This document shows, piece by piece, positions 38,949 through 48,160 of a stretch of DNA of 64,000 bases. The notes under the pieces are model-generated. The model was not told where the DNA came from. It saw only the letters and a list, made by a program, of their open reading frames with translations, and made no database searches. The position numbers were made by a program, and so were the translations under genes. Every line of letters starts with the position of its first letter. Position 1 is the first letter of the stretch. The DNA comes from Arenimonas sp. (GTDB lineage: Bacteria; Pseudomonadota; Gammaproteobacteria; Xanthomonadales; Xanthomonadaceae): assembly GCA_036676335.1 (NCBI GenBank), contig JAKFDD010000012.1:278726-342725 (forward strand), read 5' to 3'.

Positions 38949-40037
38949 TTATGCTTGTTGTTGCATGGCTGCCTGTTCTGCAGCAGCCTGGCTGGCAGCC
39001 AACATTCTTTGCATCGCGCCAAGCCCGCCGTGCAATGCATGCACCGTGTAGCCCAGTCCATTGAGAATGAATGCAGCGGCAGCCGATCGCTCGCCGGTGT
39101 TGCAGTAAACGACTAGCTGACTTCCGGCCGGCAAGGCCATGGCGGCATCTTCCCGCAAGCGGTAAAGCGGAATATTGATCGCACCATCGATGCCTCGCTG
39201 TTCAAATTCTTCCGGCATCCGCACATCGAGAATGATGGCGCCGTCTTTCACCAGACGCGCTGCATCTGCCGGCAGCACCCAATGCACCATCGGTGGTTTC
39301 AGTACTGCTTCGAAATCTTCTTTTTTCAGGCGCATCAGACGGCCGCCCTGCATAGTGCGGACGGTGGCATTACGCGGCACGTTGGCCAGCAGCGCATCTT
39401 CGCCAAAAATGTCACCCTCGCGCAGATAGGCCACGACTTGTGGCGCACCATCAAGATATTTCGAAACCGATGCGGTGCCCTCGCGAATCACATAGAAATA
39501 ATCCGGCGCATCGCCTTCACGCATGATGATTTCACCAGGCAATGCCTTTATTTCTTCGAAACGCTGAAACATTTTCTCGATATTGCCGGTTGGCAATTTC
39601 AGGAACGCGTGGCTATTCAACAAGCGGAAAACCCAGGAGTTTGCACCAGGCGTGGAATCAAAATGTTTATAGCTTTCGGAACGGCTGACCTGATCCCAGG
39701 TAATGATTTTTTCGAGAAACCGGCGATCGAGGCGCAATATTTTTGCTTTGCTGGATGTCACCTTCGCTGCAAAACGGCGCGGGATGGCATCGTTCAGCGG
39801 ATAACGGCCATGTTGTGCAGTGGCGATATGGGCTACTTTGCGGCCATCGGAATATTCGCACTGCAACTCGCCTTCGAGCAGATAGACGGTATCGTCATCG
39901 ACACTGCCGGCTTCAAACACATAATCGTGGCGGTTATATTGGCTGATGACGGCGTCGCGTCCCAGTTGTTCTCGCGTCTCGTTACGCAATGACTCCAACG
40001 GGAATAGCTTGGCAAGATCTGAAGCGGACATCGGCAT
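38949..40037 (-). CDS. Tandem cNMP-binding-like domains fused to a rhodanese domain
   Basis: The second domain has a canonical phosphate-binding cassette (GDIFGEDALLANVPRNATV); the first lacks it. The C-terminal rhodanese has an active-site loop CNTGERS. ATG 40035-40037 is preceded by AAGGAG. Confidence 0.8.
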   Translation of the reverse strand: MPMSASDLAKLFPLESLRNETREQLGRDAVISQYNRHDYVFEAGSVDDDTVYLLEGELQCEYSDGRKVAHIATAQHGRYPLNDAIPRRFAAKVTSSKAKILRLDRRFLEKIITWDQVSRSESYKHFDSTPGANSWVFRLLNSHAFLKLPTGNIEKMFQRFEEIKALPGEIIMREGDAPDYFYVIREGTASVSKYLDGAPQVVAYLREGDIFGEDALLANVPRNATVRTMQGGRLMRLKKEDFEAVLKPPMVHWVLPADAARLVKDGAIILDVRMPEEFEQRGIDGAINIPLYRLREDAAMALPAGSQLVVYCNTGERSAAAAFILNGLGYTVHALHGGLGAMQRMLAASQAAAEQAAMQQQA

Positions 40038-40162
40038 GTGAATCTCCTTGCAATAACTCAGTCTAGCCTGAAAGGTGTTAAAAGCCGAGGGCTTCAAGTA
40101 TTTCGTATTCTATTTTTCCGGGCAAGCCTGCGCCTGCAAATATTTGCAAACTCCGGGCCAAC

Positions 40163-40190
40163 AAAAACCCCGCTTTGAGCGGGGTTTTTG
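40163..40190. terminator. Bidirectional rho-independent terminator downstream of rpsI
   Basis: aaaaaccccgc-tttga-gcggggttttt with A/T runs on both sides. On the minus strand it is preceded by a CGAAACC-UUCG-GGUUUCG hairpin at about 40198-40222. Confidence 0.85.
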
Positions 40191-40228
40191 GTGACTCCGG
40201 CGAAACCCGAAGGTTTCGGCAAAGCGAA

Positions 40229-40621
40229 TTAACGCTTCGAGAACTGGGTCGCGCGGCGGGCTTTGTGCAAGCCGACTTTTTTACGTTCCACTTCACGAGC
40301 ATCGCGGGTCATGAAACCGGCTTTGCGTAATTCAGGCTTCAGGGTGTCGTTGTATTCGACCAAAGCGCGGGCGATACCCAGACGGATAGCACCGGCTTGA
40401 CCAGTGATGCCGCCGCCTTCAACGGTGACGCTAACGTCGAACTTGTCCGTCATTTTGGTCAGTTCAAGCGGTTGGCGCACGATCATGCGGGAGGTTTCGC
40501 GACCGAAGAATTCTTCAATCGAACGACCGTTGATAACAATAGCGCCCTTGCCCGAACGCAGGAAAACGCGTGCGGTGGAGGATTTGCGACGGCCGGTGCC
40601 GTAATTTTGCGAAGTTGCCAT
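40229..40621 (-). CDS. rpsI: 30S ribosomal protein S9
   Basis: 130 aa ending in [11 protein letters not shown]. Confidence 0.97.
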   Translation of the reverse strand: MATSQNYGTGRRKSSTARVFLRSGKGAIVINGRSIEEFFGRETSRMIVRQPLELTKMTDKFDVSVTVEGGGITGQAGAIRLGIARALVEYNDTLKPELRKAGFMTRDAREVERKKVGLHKARRATQFSKR

Positions 40622-40639
40622 GATATTTAGTCCTAAGCC

Positions 40640-41074
40640 TTAAAAGTCCAGCACTTGAGGCTGTTGGGCGGTATGCGGATGGTTTGGACCTGCATAAACC
40701 TTGAGCTTGCTGTACATGGCACGACCCAGCGGATTCTTAGGCAGCATGCCTTTGACGCCGGTTTCGATGACACGCTCAGGATGCGCATTCATGGCTTGAC
40801 CCAGGGTTTCGGACTTCATGTTGCCGATGTAACCGGTAAAACGGTAATACATCTTGTCCTGAAGCTTTTTGCCGGTCACGGTGATTTTGTCGGCATTGAT
40901 CACAACCAAGTAATCGCCGGTGTCCACGTGCGGGGTGTAAACGGGTTTATGCTTGCCGCGTAAGCGACGAGCAAGTTCTGTGCACAAGCGACCGAGGGTT
41001 TTACCGCTGGCATCAACAACATACCAGTCTTGCTTAACAGTCTCAGCCTTGGCGCTAACGGTCATGTTCTTCAT
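40640..41074 (-). CDS. rplM: 50S ribosomal protein L13
   Basis: [15 protein letters not shown]...[16 protein letters not shown]. Confidence 0.97.
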   Translation of the reverse strand: MKNMTVSAKAETVKQDWYVVDASGKTLGRLCTELARRLRGKHKPVYTPHVDTGDYLVVINADKITVTGKKLQDKMYYRFTGYIGNMKSETLGQAMNAHPERVIETGVKGMLPKNPLGRAMYSKLKVYAGPNHPHTAQQPQVLDF

Positions 41075-41185
41075 GACGGCTCCAAAGGAAAAAATTGGGT
41101 GAATAAGAAGCGGAATTGTAACCAGCCAACGCGTTTAGCGCAAGCCCACCGGAGCTAAAATACCAGCCGTGCTAGGATTTTGCCT

Positions 41186-42304
41186 ATGGCAGAGCCCTTT
41201 TTATCCCCGAATACCGCTTCCGAGATCGCTTTGCTGGCCGATCGTTGCGTCCAATGTGGTCTGTGTTTACCGCACTGCCCCACCTATCAGCTGGATCGCT
41301 CCGAGACCGAATCTCCGCGGGGTCGCATAGCATACATGAAAGCGTTGGCCATCGGGCAGCTCAACCCTACCGATATCGGTGACGCACATCTAGACCACTG
41401 CCTGGGCTGCCGCCGATGCGAGGCCGTATGCCCTGCCAATGTCGAATATGGCGACTTATTGACCCTGGCGCGTGATCAACAATTTTCACGTAAGCCGCCA
41501 ACTTTCCGACAAAAACTGATCCATAGCTTACTCACAAGACCCGGGCTTTTGGGAGCTGCAGGCTCACTCGCCCGACTAACAGGACGGCTTCCGGCCTTAC
41601 CCGACGCGCCGGCCATAGGGCATCCAACAGCCACCAATTCAAATAATAAAGTCGCCATCTTCGCCGGCTGCATTGCCAATAGCTATGAAGCCAATACCCG
41701 GCTCAATCTGGAGTTTTTGCTAAATTCCCTAGGCTTTTCGGTCGACCTGGCACCCGGGCAGACCTGCTGCGGTACTGCTGCTTTGCATCTTGGCGACAGC
41801 AGTACCGTCAATGCGCTCGCCGATAAAAATCGTGCCGCCTTCAACAATAACCTCACCGTATTGAGTTTGGCTACCGGCTGTCACGATCAACTTTCGCATA
41901 GCCTGAATACCCAGAACAAAGTGATCGACGCGCTCGACTTTCTTTTCCAGCATGCATCAAAACTGAAATTCAAAGCCGCAAACAAGAAAATTGCGCTGCA
42001 TATTCCCTGCAGCCAATCGGCTGTTGTCAAAAGCGACAATGCCACCCGCAAATTATTGGCAATGATTCCTGAATTGGTTATCCACGAACTACCCGATCGC
42101 GGCTGTTGCGGCGCGGCCGGCGTACATATGCTTGCTGAACCCAGAAGAGCAGAACAGCTACGCGCACCACTTATCATGGAAGTTCAGCAGGCGAAAGTGA
42201 CTGAATTGCTATCGGCCAACATCGGTTGTCGTCTGCATATCGCCAATGGGCTTAAAATACCGGTGCGGCATCCGATTGATTTCCTGGCGGAACATCTAGC
42301 ATGA
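41186..42304 (+). CDS. GlcF/HdrD-like (Fe-S)-binding protein with two CCG domains
   Basis: Two 4Fe-4S motifs (CVQCGLCLPHCP, CLGCRRCEAVCP) and two CCG motifs (GQTCCGTA, RGCCGAAG). ATG at 41186; the track start is TTG at 41180. No glcD or glcE is nearby. Confidence 0.8.
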   Translation: MAEPFLSPNTASEIALLADRCVQCGLCLPHCPTYQLDRSETESPRGRIAYMKALAIGQLNPTDIGDAHLDHCLGCRRCEAVCPANVEYGDLLTLARDQQFSRKPPTFRQKLIHSLLTRPGLLGAAGSLARLTGRLPALPDAPAIGHPTATNSNNKVAIFAGCIANSYEANTRLNLEFLLNSLGFSVDLAPGQTCCGTAALHLGDSSTVNALADKNRAAFNNNLTVLSLATGCHDQLSHSLNTQNKVIDALDFLFQHASKLKFKAANKKIALHIPCSQSAVVKSDNATRKLLAMIPELVIHELPDRGCCGAAGVHMLAEPRRAEQLRAPLIMEVQQAKVTELLSANIGCRLHIANGLKIPVRHPIDFLAEHLA

Positions 42305-42942
42305 GCGAACGTCACTACTCGATATTCGACAAGGTCATTATCCAGGCGCAACGCGCGCTGAGTACCAGCCTGGGCAGTGCTTATGCCGAGCGCGATTACC
42401 CGGCGGAAAATACTTTGCACGGCGTATTAAATGATGAAGAACAACGTCACGCTGCCGGCTTGATGCGCGTTAATCACACCGGCGAGGTCTGTGCACAGGC
42501 GCTCTATGTCGGACAGGCGGCCGTCGCTCGCGACGAGGTCACCCGAAAACAATTGCTCGATGCCGCACAGGAAGAACAAGATCACCTTGCCTGGTGCGCC
42601 GACCGTTTAAGCGAGCTCGATGCCAAACCGAGTATTTTCAACCCGATCTGGTATGTCGGCAGCTATACGATTGGCCTTGCCGCCGGTTTGCGCGGTGATG
42701 GTTGGAATCTGGGGTTCGTAGTGGAAACCGAACGCCAGGTCGAAGCCCATCTTGAAGAGCATCTGGAAACCTTGCCACCTTCCGATGCCCGTAGCCGGGT
42801 AATCCTGAAAAAAATGAAGGAAGACGAAGCACGTCATGCCGAGCACGCCGAACTCGCCGGTGCCCGCAAATTGCCGCAACCGATTCCGCGAATCATGGCC
42901 CTGACTTCGGCGATCATGAAAACGGTGGCATACAGAATTTGA
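42301..42942 (+). CDS. coq7: Demethoxyubiquinone hydroxylase Coq7 (di-iron carboxylate)
   Basis: MRVNHTGEVCAQALY, EEQDHL and EDEARH di-iron motifs. ATGA overlap with the upstream Fe-S gene. Confidence 0.9.
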   Translation: MSERHYSIFDKVIIQAQRALSTSLGSAYAERDYPAENTLHGVLNDEEQRHAAGLMRVNHTGEVCAQALYVGQAAVARDEVTRKQLLDAAQEEQDHLAWCADRLSELDAKPSIFNPIWYVGSYTIGLAAGLRGDGWNLGFVVETERQVEAHLEEHLETLPPSDARSRVILKKMKEDEARHAEHAELAGARKLPQPIPRIMALTSAIMKTVAYRI

Positions 42943-42945
42943 ATC

Positions 42946-42975
42946 AAAAAAAACCGCCTCTCGGCGGTTTTTTTA
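42946..42975. terminator. Bidirectional terminator between coq7 and speD
   Basis: A8-ccgcc-tctc-ggcgg-T7. Confidence 0.85.
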
Positions 42976-42995
42976 TCTCTACAATCCAATGCAAA

Positions 42996-43790
42996 TCAAT
43001 CAATCAAATTGCGGCCATGGAATAGCTCGGCAATTTCACGACGTAATTGCATTTCGATACGCTGGCGATCCTTGAAGCTCAGGTTCTTCGCTTTTTCCTC
43101 GAACAAATACGTGTCCAGATCGAAATCCTTCAAATGCATTTTCGTATGGAACAGATTTTCCTGATAGACGTTGACGTCGATCATTTCGTATTTTTCGCGC
43201 GACGATTTCGAAAGGTAGTCCTGGATCGAATTGATCTTGTGGTCGATGTAGTGTTTCTTGCCTTTCACGTCGCGAGTAAAACCGCGCACGCGATAATCAG
43301 TTACCACGATATCGGAATCGAAGCTCTCGATCAGGTAATTCAATGCTTTCAAGGGTGAAATGACGCCGCAAGTAGCCACGTCGATATCGGCACGGAAAGT
43401 CGCAATACCATTATGCGGATGGGTTTCCGGATAGGTATGCACCGTGATGTGGCTCTTGTCGAGATGTGCGACCACGGCATCGGAAATCAGATCGCGGCCA
43501 GCCGCTTTCTTGTCGATAACCGGCTCTTCGGAAATCAGGATGGTTACCGATGCGCCCTGCGGATCGTAATCCTGACGCGCGACATTGAGAATATTCGCAC
43601 CGATGATATGCGCCACTTCCGTCAGGATCTGGGTCAGGCGTTCGGCATTGAACATTTCATCGATGTATTCGATATAGCGCTGGCGCTGTTCTTCTGACAC
43701 TGCGTAGCAGATGTCATAAATATTAAAGCTCAAAGACTTTGTAAGGTTATTGAAGCCTTGCAAACGTAAGCGCGGAAGCGGCTTGACCAC
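42996..43790 (-). CDS. speD: S-adenosylmethionine decarboxylase proenzyme (E. coli type)
   Basis: Near-colinear with E. coli SpeD ([21 protein letters not shown]..., [16 protein letters not shown]). GTG 43788-43790 with GGAGG 8 nt upstream gives 264 aa, the same length as the E. coli protein. The track ORF extends to 43865. Confidence 0.9.
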   Translation of the reverse strand: MVKPLPRLRLQGFNNLTKSLSFNIYDICYAVSEEQRQRYIEYIDEMFNAERLTQILTEVAHIIGANILNVARQDYDPQGASVTILISEEPVIDKKAAGRDLISDAVVAHLDKSHITVHTYPETHPHNGIATFRADIDVATCGVISPLKALNYLIESFDSDIVVTDYRVRGFTRDVKGKKHYIDHKINSIQDYLSKSSREKYEMIDVNVYQENLFHTKMHLKDFDLDTYLFEEKAKNLSFKDRQRIEMQLRREIAELFHGRNLID

Positions 43791-43945
43791 GGCGGTGCCC
43801 TCCAGGGGCGAGTTAACTGAGGGGCGCATTATCGGGCAAAAGACCCCCCGGGGGAACCTTTTCAATTATTAACGCATAAACCGTTGCTGAGAAGTGCATC
43901 ACGGCCTAAGCTAAGGCTATTCATTATTTAGACTATGAGCGAGAT

Positions 43946-44641
43946 ATGGCACCGCATCGCACTACCTTAAGCATCGTCAAGGCATTCACCCCCGTTCATA
44001 GTCCTCTGGAGCTCGATCCAGGCTCGCTAAGCCGCTTTCTCGATCATTGTCATCGTCGCAAACATCCCAATCGCAGTGACATCTTTCGCCCAGGCGATTC
44101 AGCCAATACGCTTTATTATGTGATCAGCGGCTCATTAAGCGTCATCAGTGAGGAGTCCGATGGCCGCGAACTGGTGCTCGGCTATATCAATGCAGGCGAA
44201 TTTATCGGTGAAATGGGGCTATTCGTTGCTGCCGATCAGCGCGAAGTGTTGCTGCGCACCCGCACCTCCTGCGAATTGGCTGAACTGAGTTATGAACGCC
44301 TGCACCAACTTTTCGAAGGCTCCCTGGCTACCGAGTGCCCACGAATCTTGTATGCAATCGGCTCACAACTTTCGAAGCGCTTGCTTGACACTTCGCGCAA
44401 GGCAAGTCGTCTCGCCTTCCTCGACGTCACCGGCCGTATCGTTCGTACATTGGGCGACTTGTGTCAGGAACCCGATGCGATGTCGCATCCACAAGGCACC
44501 CAAATCCGCGTTTCGCGCCAGGAAATTGCCCGTATCGTCGGTTGCTCGCGTGAAATGGCCGGGCGGGTCCTGAAGCAATTGCAGGAACAGGGGCAGCTTA
44601 CTGCTCGCGGTAAAACCATCGTGGTATTTGGTACGCGTTAA
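43946..44641 (+). CDS. clp: CRP-like protein Clp (Crp/Fnr family, Xanthomonas Clp-type)
   Basis: Long identical runs with Xanthomonas Clp as I recall it: RELVLGY, GEFIGEMGLF, REVLLRTRT.CELAE.SYERL, KASRLAFLDVT.RIVRTL, AMSHPQGTQ.RVSRQE.AR.VGCSREMAGRVLK. Confidence 0.9.
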   Translation: MAPHRTTLSIVKAFTPVHSPLELDPGSLSRFLDHCHRRKHPNRSDIFRPGDSANTLYYVISGSLSVISEESDGRELVLGYINAGEFIGEMGLFVAADQREVLLRTRTSCELAELSYERLHQLFEGSLATECPRILYAIGSQLSKRLLDTSRKASRLAFLDVTGRIVRTLGDLCQEPDAMSHPQGTQIRVSRQEIARIVGCSREMAGRVLKQLQEQGQLTARGKTIVVFGTR

Positions 44642-45105
44642 TGAACACCGGCTCCGCCGATTCCAATGCACAGGTCTATATTCGTCCTGCTGTTTTGGAG
44701 GACGCGTCAGGCGTTGCCGTTTTACTGACCCAATTGGGCTACCCGTGCAGCACGGAAGAAGCCATGGTTCGCCTGATGCATTTGCGCGACGAACCCGAAC
44801 AACAATTATGGATTGCCCAGGAGCATGGCGAGGCCATTGCAATGATCGCAATGGATATCCGTTATTACCTGCCATTGGGCGCACGCACTTGCCGCATCAC
44901 GGCACTGGTTGTACTGGACGCTTTTCATGGCAAAGGTATAGGCAAACGCCTGTTGCGCGAAGCTGAAATGAAAGCCAGGCAGGCTGGCGCCACACGCGTC
45001 GAGCTGACTACGGCGCAACACCGCGAACAGGCACACCAGTTTTATCGCGCCTGCGGTTACGAAAATGCTTCCCTGCGCTTTGTGAAGCGCCTGGGAGACG
45101 CATGA
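44641..45105 (+). CDS. GNAT family N-acetyltransferase
   Basis: Acetyl-CoA motif HGKGIGKRLLREAE. TAATG overlap with the clp stop. Confidence 0.85.
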   Translation: MNTGSADSNAQVYIRPAVLEDASGVAVLLTQLGYPCSTEEAMVRLMHLRDEPEQQLWIAQEHGEAIAMIAMDIRYYLPLGARTCRITALVVLDAFHGKGIGKRLLREAEMKARQAGATRVELTTAQHREQAHQFYRACGYENASLRFVKRLGDA

Positions 45106-45130
45106 ACGGGAAAGTATTGGTTCAGATCGC

Positions 45131-47017
45131 ATGAGCTTACGAACCAGAACCATCTTATTGGTGTTCTTTCTCGTCGCGTTGGCCTCTCTCGGTCTCAGCA
45201 TTGCCAGTCGATACTATCTTTACCCGAAATTTATCCAGCTCGAAGACGAACAGGCCATTCGCAACGCCAATATCGGCTTGGAACTGCTGAACAACGAAGT
45301 GGGCGTCATTTCCGACCGTCCGGCGGATTGGGGATATTGGGACGACACCTACCAATACGTGCTGGATAAAAATCAGGATTATGCAGATTCGAATCTGGGC
45401 ACTGAAACACAGTACTCGCTTAACGTAAATTTGTTTGCCATCTATGACACAGCCGGGAACAAAGTCTGGTCCCATGCAATGGACCTCGCATCCCAGGCAA
45501 GTTATCCACTGGACGAATATGCCGACCCGAAACTACCGTCTGCCCATCCGTTCCTGTCGCACGAAAATACACCGATTACACGCGCGGGCTTGATGAACAG
45601 CTCGCATGGTCCGATTTTTCTGGCATCGACACCCATTTTACAATCCGACCGTACCGGTCCGAGTCGAGGCACAATAATTTTTGGCCGTTATCTGGAAGCC
45701 GAAAAAATTCGGCGGATTGCGACCCAACCCGGCCTTGAGTTGAAGTTATCGCCTCACAAAGTTACACAAAGCGACTCCCGATTGACTACCGTCGACAATG
45801 GGCCCGGTCGCCTGCAGCACACGCCTCTGAAAATAGCGCGTTACAACAATCTGACCGAGGTCACTACCACCCTGTTCAGTATCGATGGCAAACCCAGCAT
45901 CGATATGGCTATTTCAATGCCGCCCGATATCAGCAAGCGCGGATTGAAAATACTGGATGGCATCACGATGTCGCTGTTCGTTGGCGGATTGTTGCTCAGC
46001 CTGCTGTTGACCTACGTATTGAACCGGTTCGTCACCAAGCCGATCAGCAGGATTACCCAGCATCTGGTCGATATCGGTGATCAGGAAAGTTTGACTGGCC
46101 GAATCGGTCTTGATCGTTCCGATGAAATTGGCGATCTCGCCAATGCGTTCGACGAAATGCTGCAACGCTTGAGTGATACCCGAAAACGACTGTTCAAGCA
46201 AAGCTATCAAAGCGGCGCCAGCGAAATGGCAAGCGGCGTTATCCAGGACATCAATAAAAGCATTCAGCCGATTCGCGACAATATCGAATTACCGTTGAGC
46301 TTGCTCGACAAGTCGCATACCAGTACTAGCGCCAGTCTTATCCATGAGCTTGGCGACAACAAAATCGGAAGCCATCGGTTTATCGAGATTACCCAACAGC
46401 TGATGGATTTGAATAACGAGCAATCGCTGGTGTTGGCAGAAGCACGCAGCGAAATGCGACGCTTGCGGATCGATATCGAACGATTGCAGGAAGTGGTTTC
46501 GGATTATTCGAAATTTATTTCGCAAGACACCGACATTGGCTCGGTGACCGTGGCGAGCCTGCTGGGTGCCACGTCGAAGAAATTGAGCCCTGATGAAAGG
46601 GCGAAACTGAAAATCGATATTGATCCAGCGGTTTATCATGCGGCATCCGTTGCCGCTTCGCAAAACCTGTTGCAGCAAGTCATCAACGTCTTGATTTCCC
46701 ATTTCCTGGGCGCTGCCGAGCGAGTCGAGACGCCGCCATTGAATTTGCGAGTCACCTGTCGGACCGAGCTGTCACATGGCAGTGCGCAATTACATTTCTG
46801 CTTCGATGACGACCGTCCGCGCATGACGGCAGAAGCTTTTCAGCAATATTTATCAGAGAACTGGGTAAGCGCCGATATCGAAACCGGCCTCACCTTGCCC
46901 TGGGCGGAAAATGCGATTACTTCGATGCGGGGCAAATTATTTGCCGAGCCTTCGCAATTGATGAATGGCATCACGATCCATCTCGTGTTGCCCCGTGCAA
47001 AGCTTGAAGAAAATTAA
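45131..47017 (+). CDS. CHASE4 - TM - HAMP sensor with degenerate histidine-kinase-like C-terminus
   Basis: CHASE4 signature DWGYWDDTYQYV, HAMP (DEIGDLANAFDEMLQRL), then an HK-like core with altered H, N, G1 and G2 boxes (see findings). Confidence 0.75.
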   Translation: MSLRTRTILLVFFLVALASLGLSIASRYYLYPKFIQLEDEQAIRNANIGLELLNNEVGVISDRPADWGYWDDTYQYVLDKNQDYADSNLGTETQYSLNVNLFAIYDTAGNKVWSHAMDLASQASYPLDEYADPKLPSAHPFLSHENTPITRAGLMNSSHGPIFLASTPILQSDRTGPSRGTIIFGRYLEAEKIRRIATQPGLELKLSPHKVTQSDSRLTTVDNGPGRLQHTPLKIARYNNLTEVTTTLFSIDGKPSIDMAISMPPDISKRGLKILDGITMSLFVGGLLLSLLLTYVLNRFVTKPISRITQHLVDIGDQESLTGRIGLDRSDEIGDLANAFDEMLQRLSDTRKRLFKQSYQSGASEMASGVIQDINKSIQPIRDNIELPLSLLDKSHTSTSASLIHELGDNKIGSHRFIEITQQLMDLNNEQSLVLAEARSEMRRLRIDIERLQEVVSDYSKFISQDTDIGSVTVASLLGATSKKLSPDERAKLKIDIDPAVYHAASVAASQNLLQQVINVLISHFLGAAERVETPPLNLRVTCRTELSHGSAQLHFCFDDDRPRMTAEAFQQYLSENWVSADIETGLTLPWAENAITSMRGKLFAEPSQLMNGITIHLVLPRAKLEEN

Positions 47018-47024
47018 GCGCGCA

Positions 47025-47813
47025 TTACGCGAATAAGCGAGCCAGTTCTTCGCCCGGATTTTCGGCACGCATGAAGGTTTCACCGACCAGGAATGCGTTG
47101 ACGTCATTCTGGCGCATCCGTTGAACGTCTTCGCGAACCAATATGCCGCTTTCGGTCACCAACAAGCGATCCTTCGGCACCATGTCTTTCATCGCGATCG
47201 TGGTCTCCAGGCTGACTTCGAAAGTACGCAGGTTGCGGTTGTTGATGCCGATCAAGGGCGCATCGATTTGCAGCGCGCGTTCCAGTTCGTCGACATCGTG
47301 GACTTCGACCAATACATCCATGCCGAGATCGATCGCCAGATTATTCAGCTCCGACATTTGGGTATCGCCCAGTGCAGCCACGATCAGCAGGATACAATCC
47401 GCGCCCAAGGCGCGCGCTTCGTAGACCTGATATTCGTCCACCATGAAATCTTTTCGCAGCACGGGCAGATCACAAGCCGCACGCGCCTGTTGCAGATAAA
47501 CATCCGCACCCTGGAAGAAATCGATATCGGTCAGTACCGATAAACACGCCGCACCACCCTGCTCGTAACTTTTAGCAATCTCGGCCGGATGAAAATCGGC
47601 GCGAATTATGCCTTTGCTCGGGCTGGCTTTTTTTATCTCGGCAATCACCGCCGCCTGGCCGGCATCAATCTTGCGATGCAATGCCGCAACAAACCCGCGC
47701 GTCGCCGCTTGTTGTTCGCATTGCGCTTTCAAAGCCGCCAACGAAACCGTCTCGGCACGCATCTGAATTTCTTCGGCTTTGCGGGCCAGGATCTTGTTCA
47801 AAATATCGCTCAT
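47025..47813 (-). CDS. trpC: Indole-3-glycerol phosphate synthase
   Basis: [24 protein letters not shown] and INNRNL motifs. Confidence 0.95.
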   Translation of the reverse strand: MSDILNKILARKAEEIQMRAETVSLAALKAQCEQQAATRGFVAALHRKIDAGQAAVIAEIKKASPSKGIIRADFHPAEIAKSYEQGGAACLSVLTDIDFFQGADVYLQQARAACDLPVLRKDFMVDEYQVYEARALGADCILLIVAALGDTQMSELNNLAIDLGMDVLVEVHDVDELERALQIDAPLIGINNRNLRTFEVSLETTIAMKDMVPKDRLLVTESGILVREDVQRMRQNDVNAFLVGETFMRAENPGEELARLFA

Positions 47814-47814
47814 T

Positions 47815-48159
47815 TCATTCCTTGACTACCGGGCCGCCATAGGCACGTTCAACCTTGGCAACCCGCAATTCAAAATGTTCATACCATTCATTACGACCGC
47901 GCTCGCGCGCAAGACTGTGCTCGGTATTGCGTTTCCAATTCACGATATCGGCTTCGCTTTGCCAGTAACTGACGGTAATGCCGAAGCCATCATTGCCGCG
48001 TACGGTTTCTATGCCGAGATAACCCGCCTGCTCTGCGGCGAGCTCTACCATGCGATCGGCAGTGATGCCATAACCGGCATCTTCCTCACGACGTTGCGAA
48101 GAAAATATTACGGCGTAATACGGTGGCTTGGGTGTTGTAGCGAAACTCTCGTGACTCAT
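47815..48159 (-). CDS. ABM (antibiotic biosynthesis monooxygenase-like) domain protein inserted in the trp operon
   Basis: PYYAVIFSS...GYLGIE...[17 protein letters not shown]...[16 protein letters not shown] pattern. ATG 48157-48159 lies 1 nt after the trpD TGA. The track ORF to 48306 is rejected. Confidence 0.7.
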   Translation of the reverse strand: MSHESFATTPKPPYYAVIFSSQRREEDAGYGITADRMVELAAEQAGYLGIETVRGNDGFGITVSYWQSEADIVNWKRNTEHSLARERGRNEWYEHFELRVAKVERAYGGPVVKE

Positions 48160-48160
48160 C

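Noticed and set aside
41186-42304. Annotation as glycolate oxidase subunit GlcF, implying a glycolate utilisation locus.
   Set aside because: No glcD, glcE or glcG genes are adjacent. The gene is instead ATGA-coupled to coq7, so only the generic Fe-S/CCG call is supported.
43838-43862. An aaaagaCCCCCCGGGGGaacctttt palindrome-like run upstream of speD.
   Set aside because: With the GTG 43790 start it lies in the 5' leader. The C6/G5 run cannot form a hairpin because it has no loop. It is only partially symmetric, and I have no supporting context.
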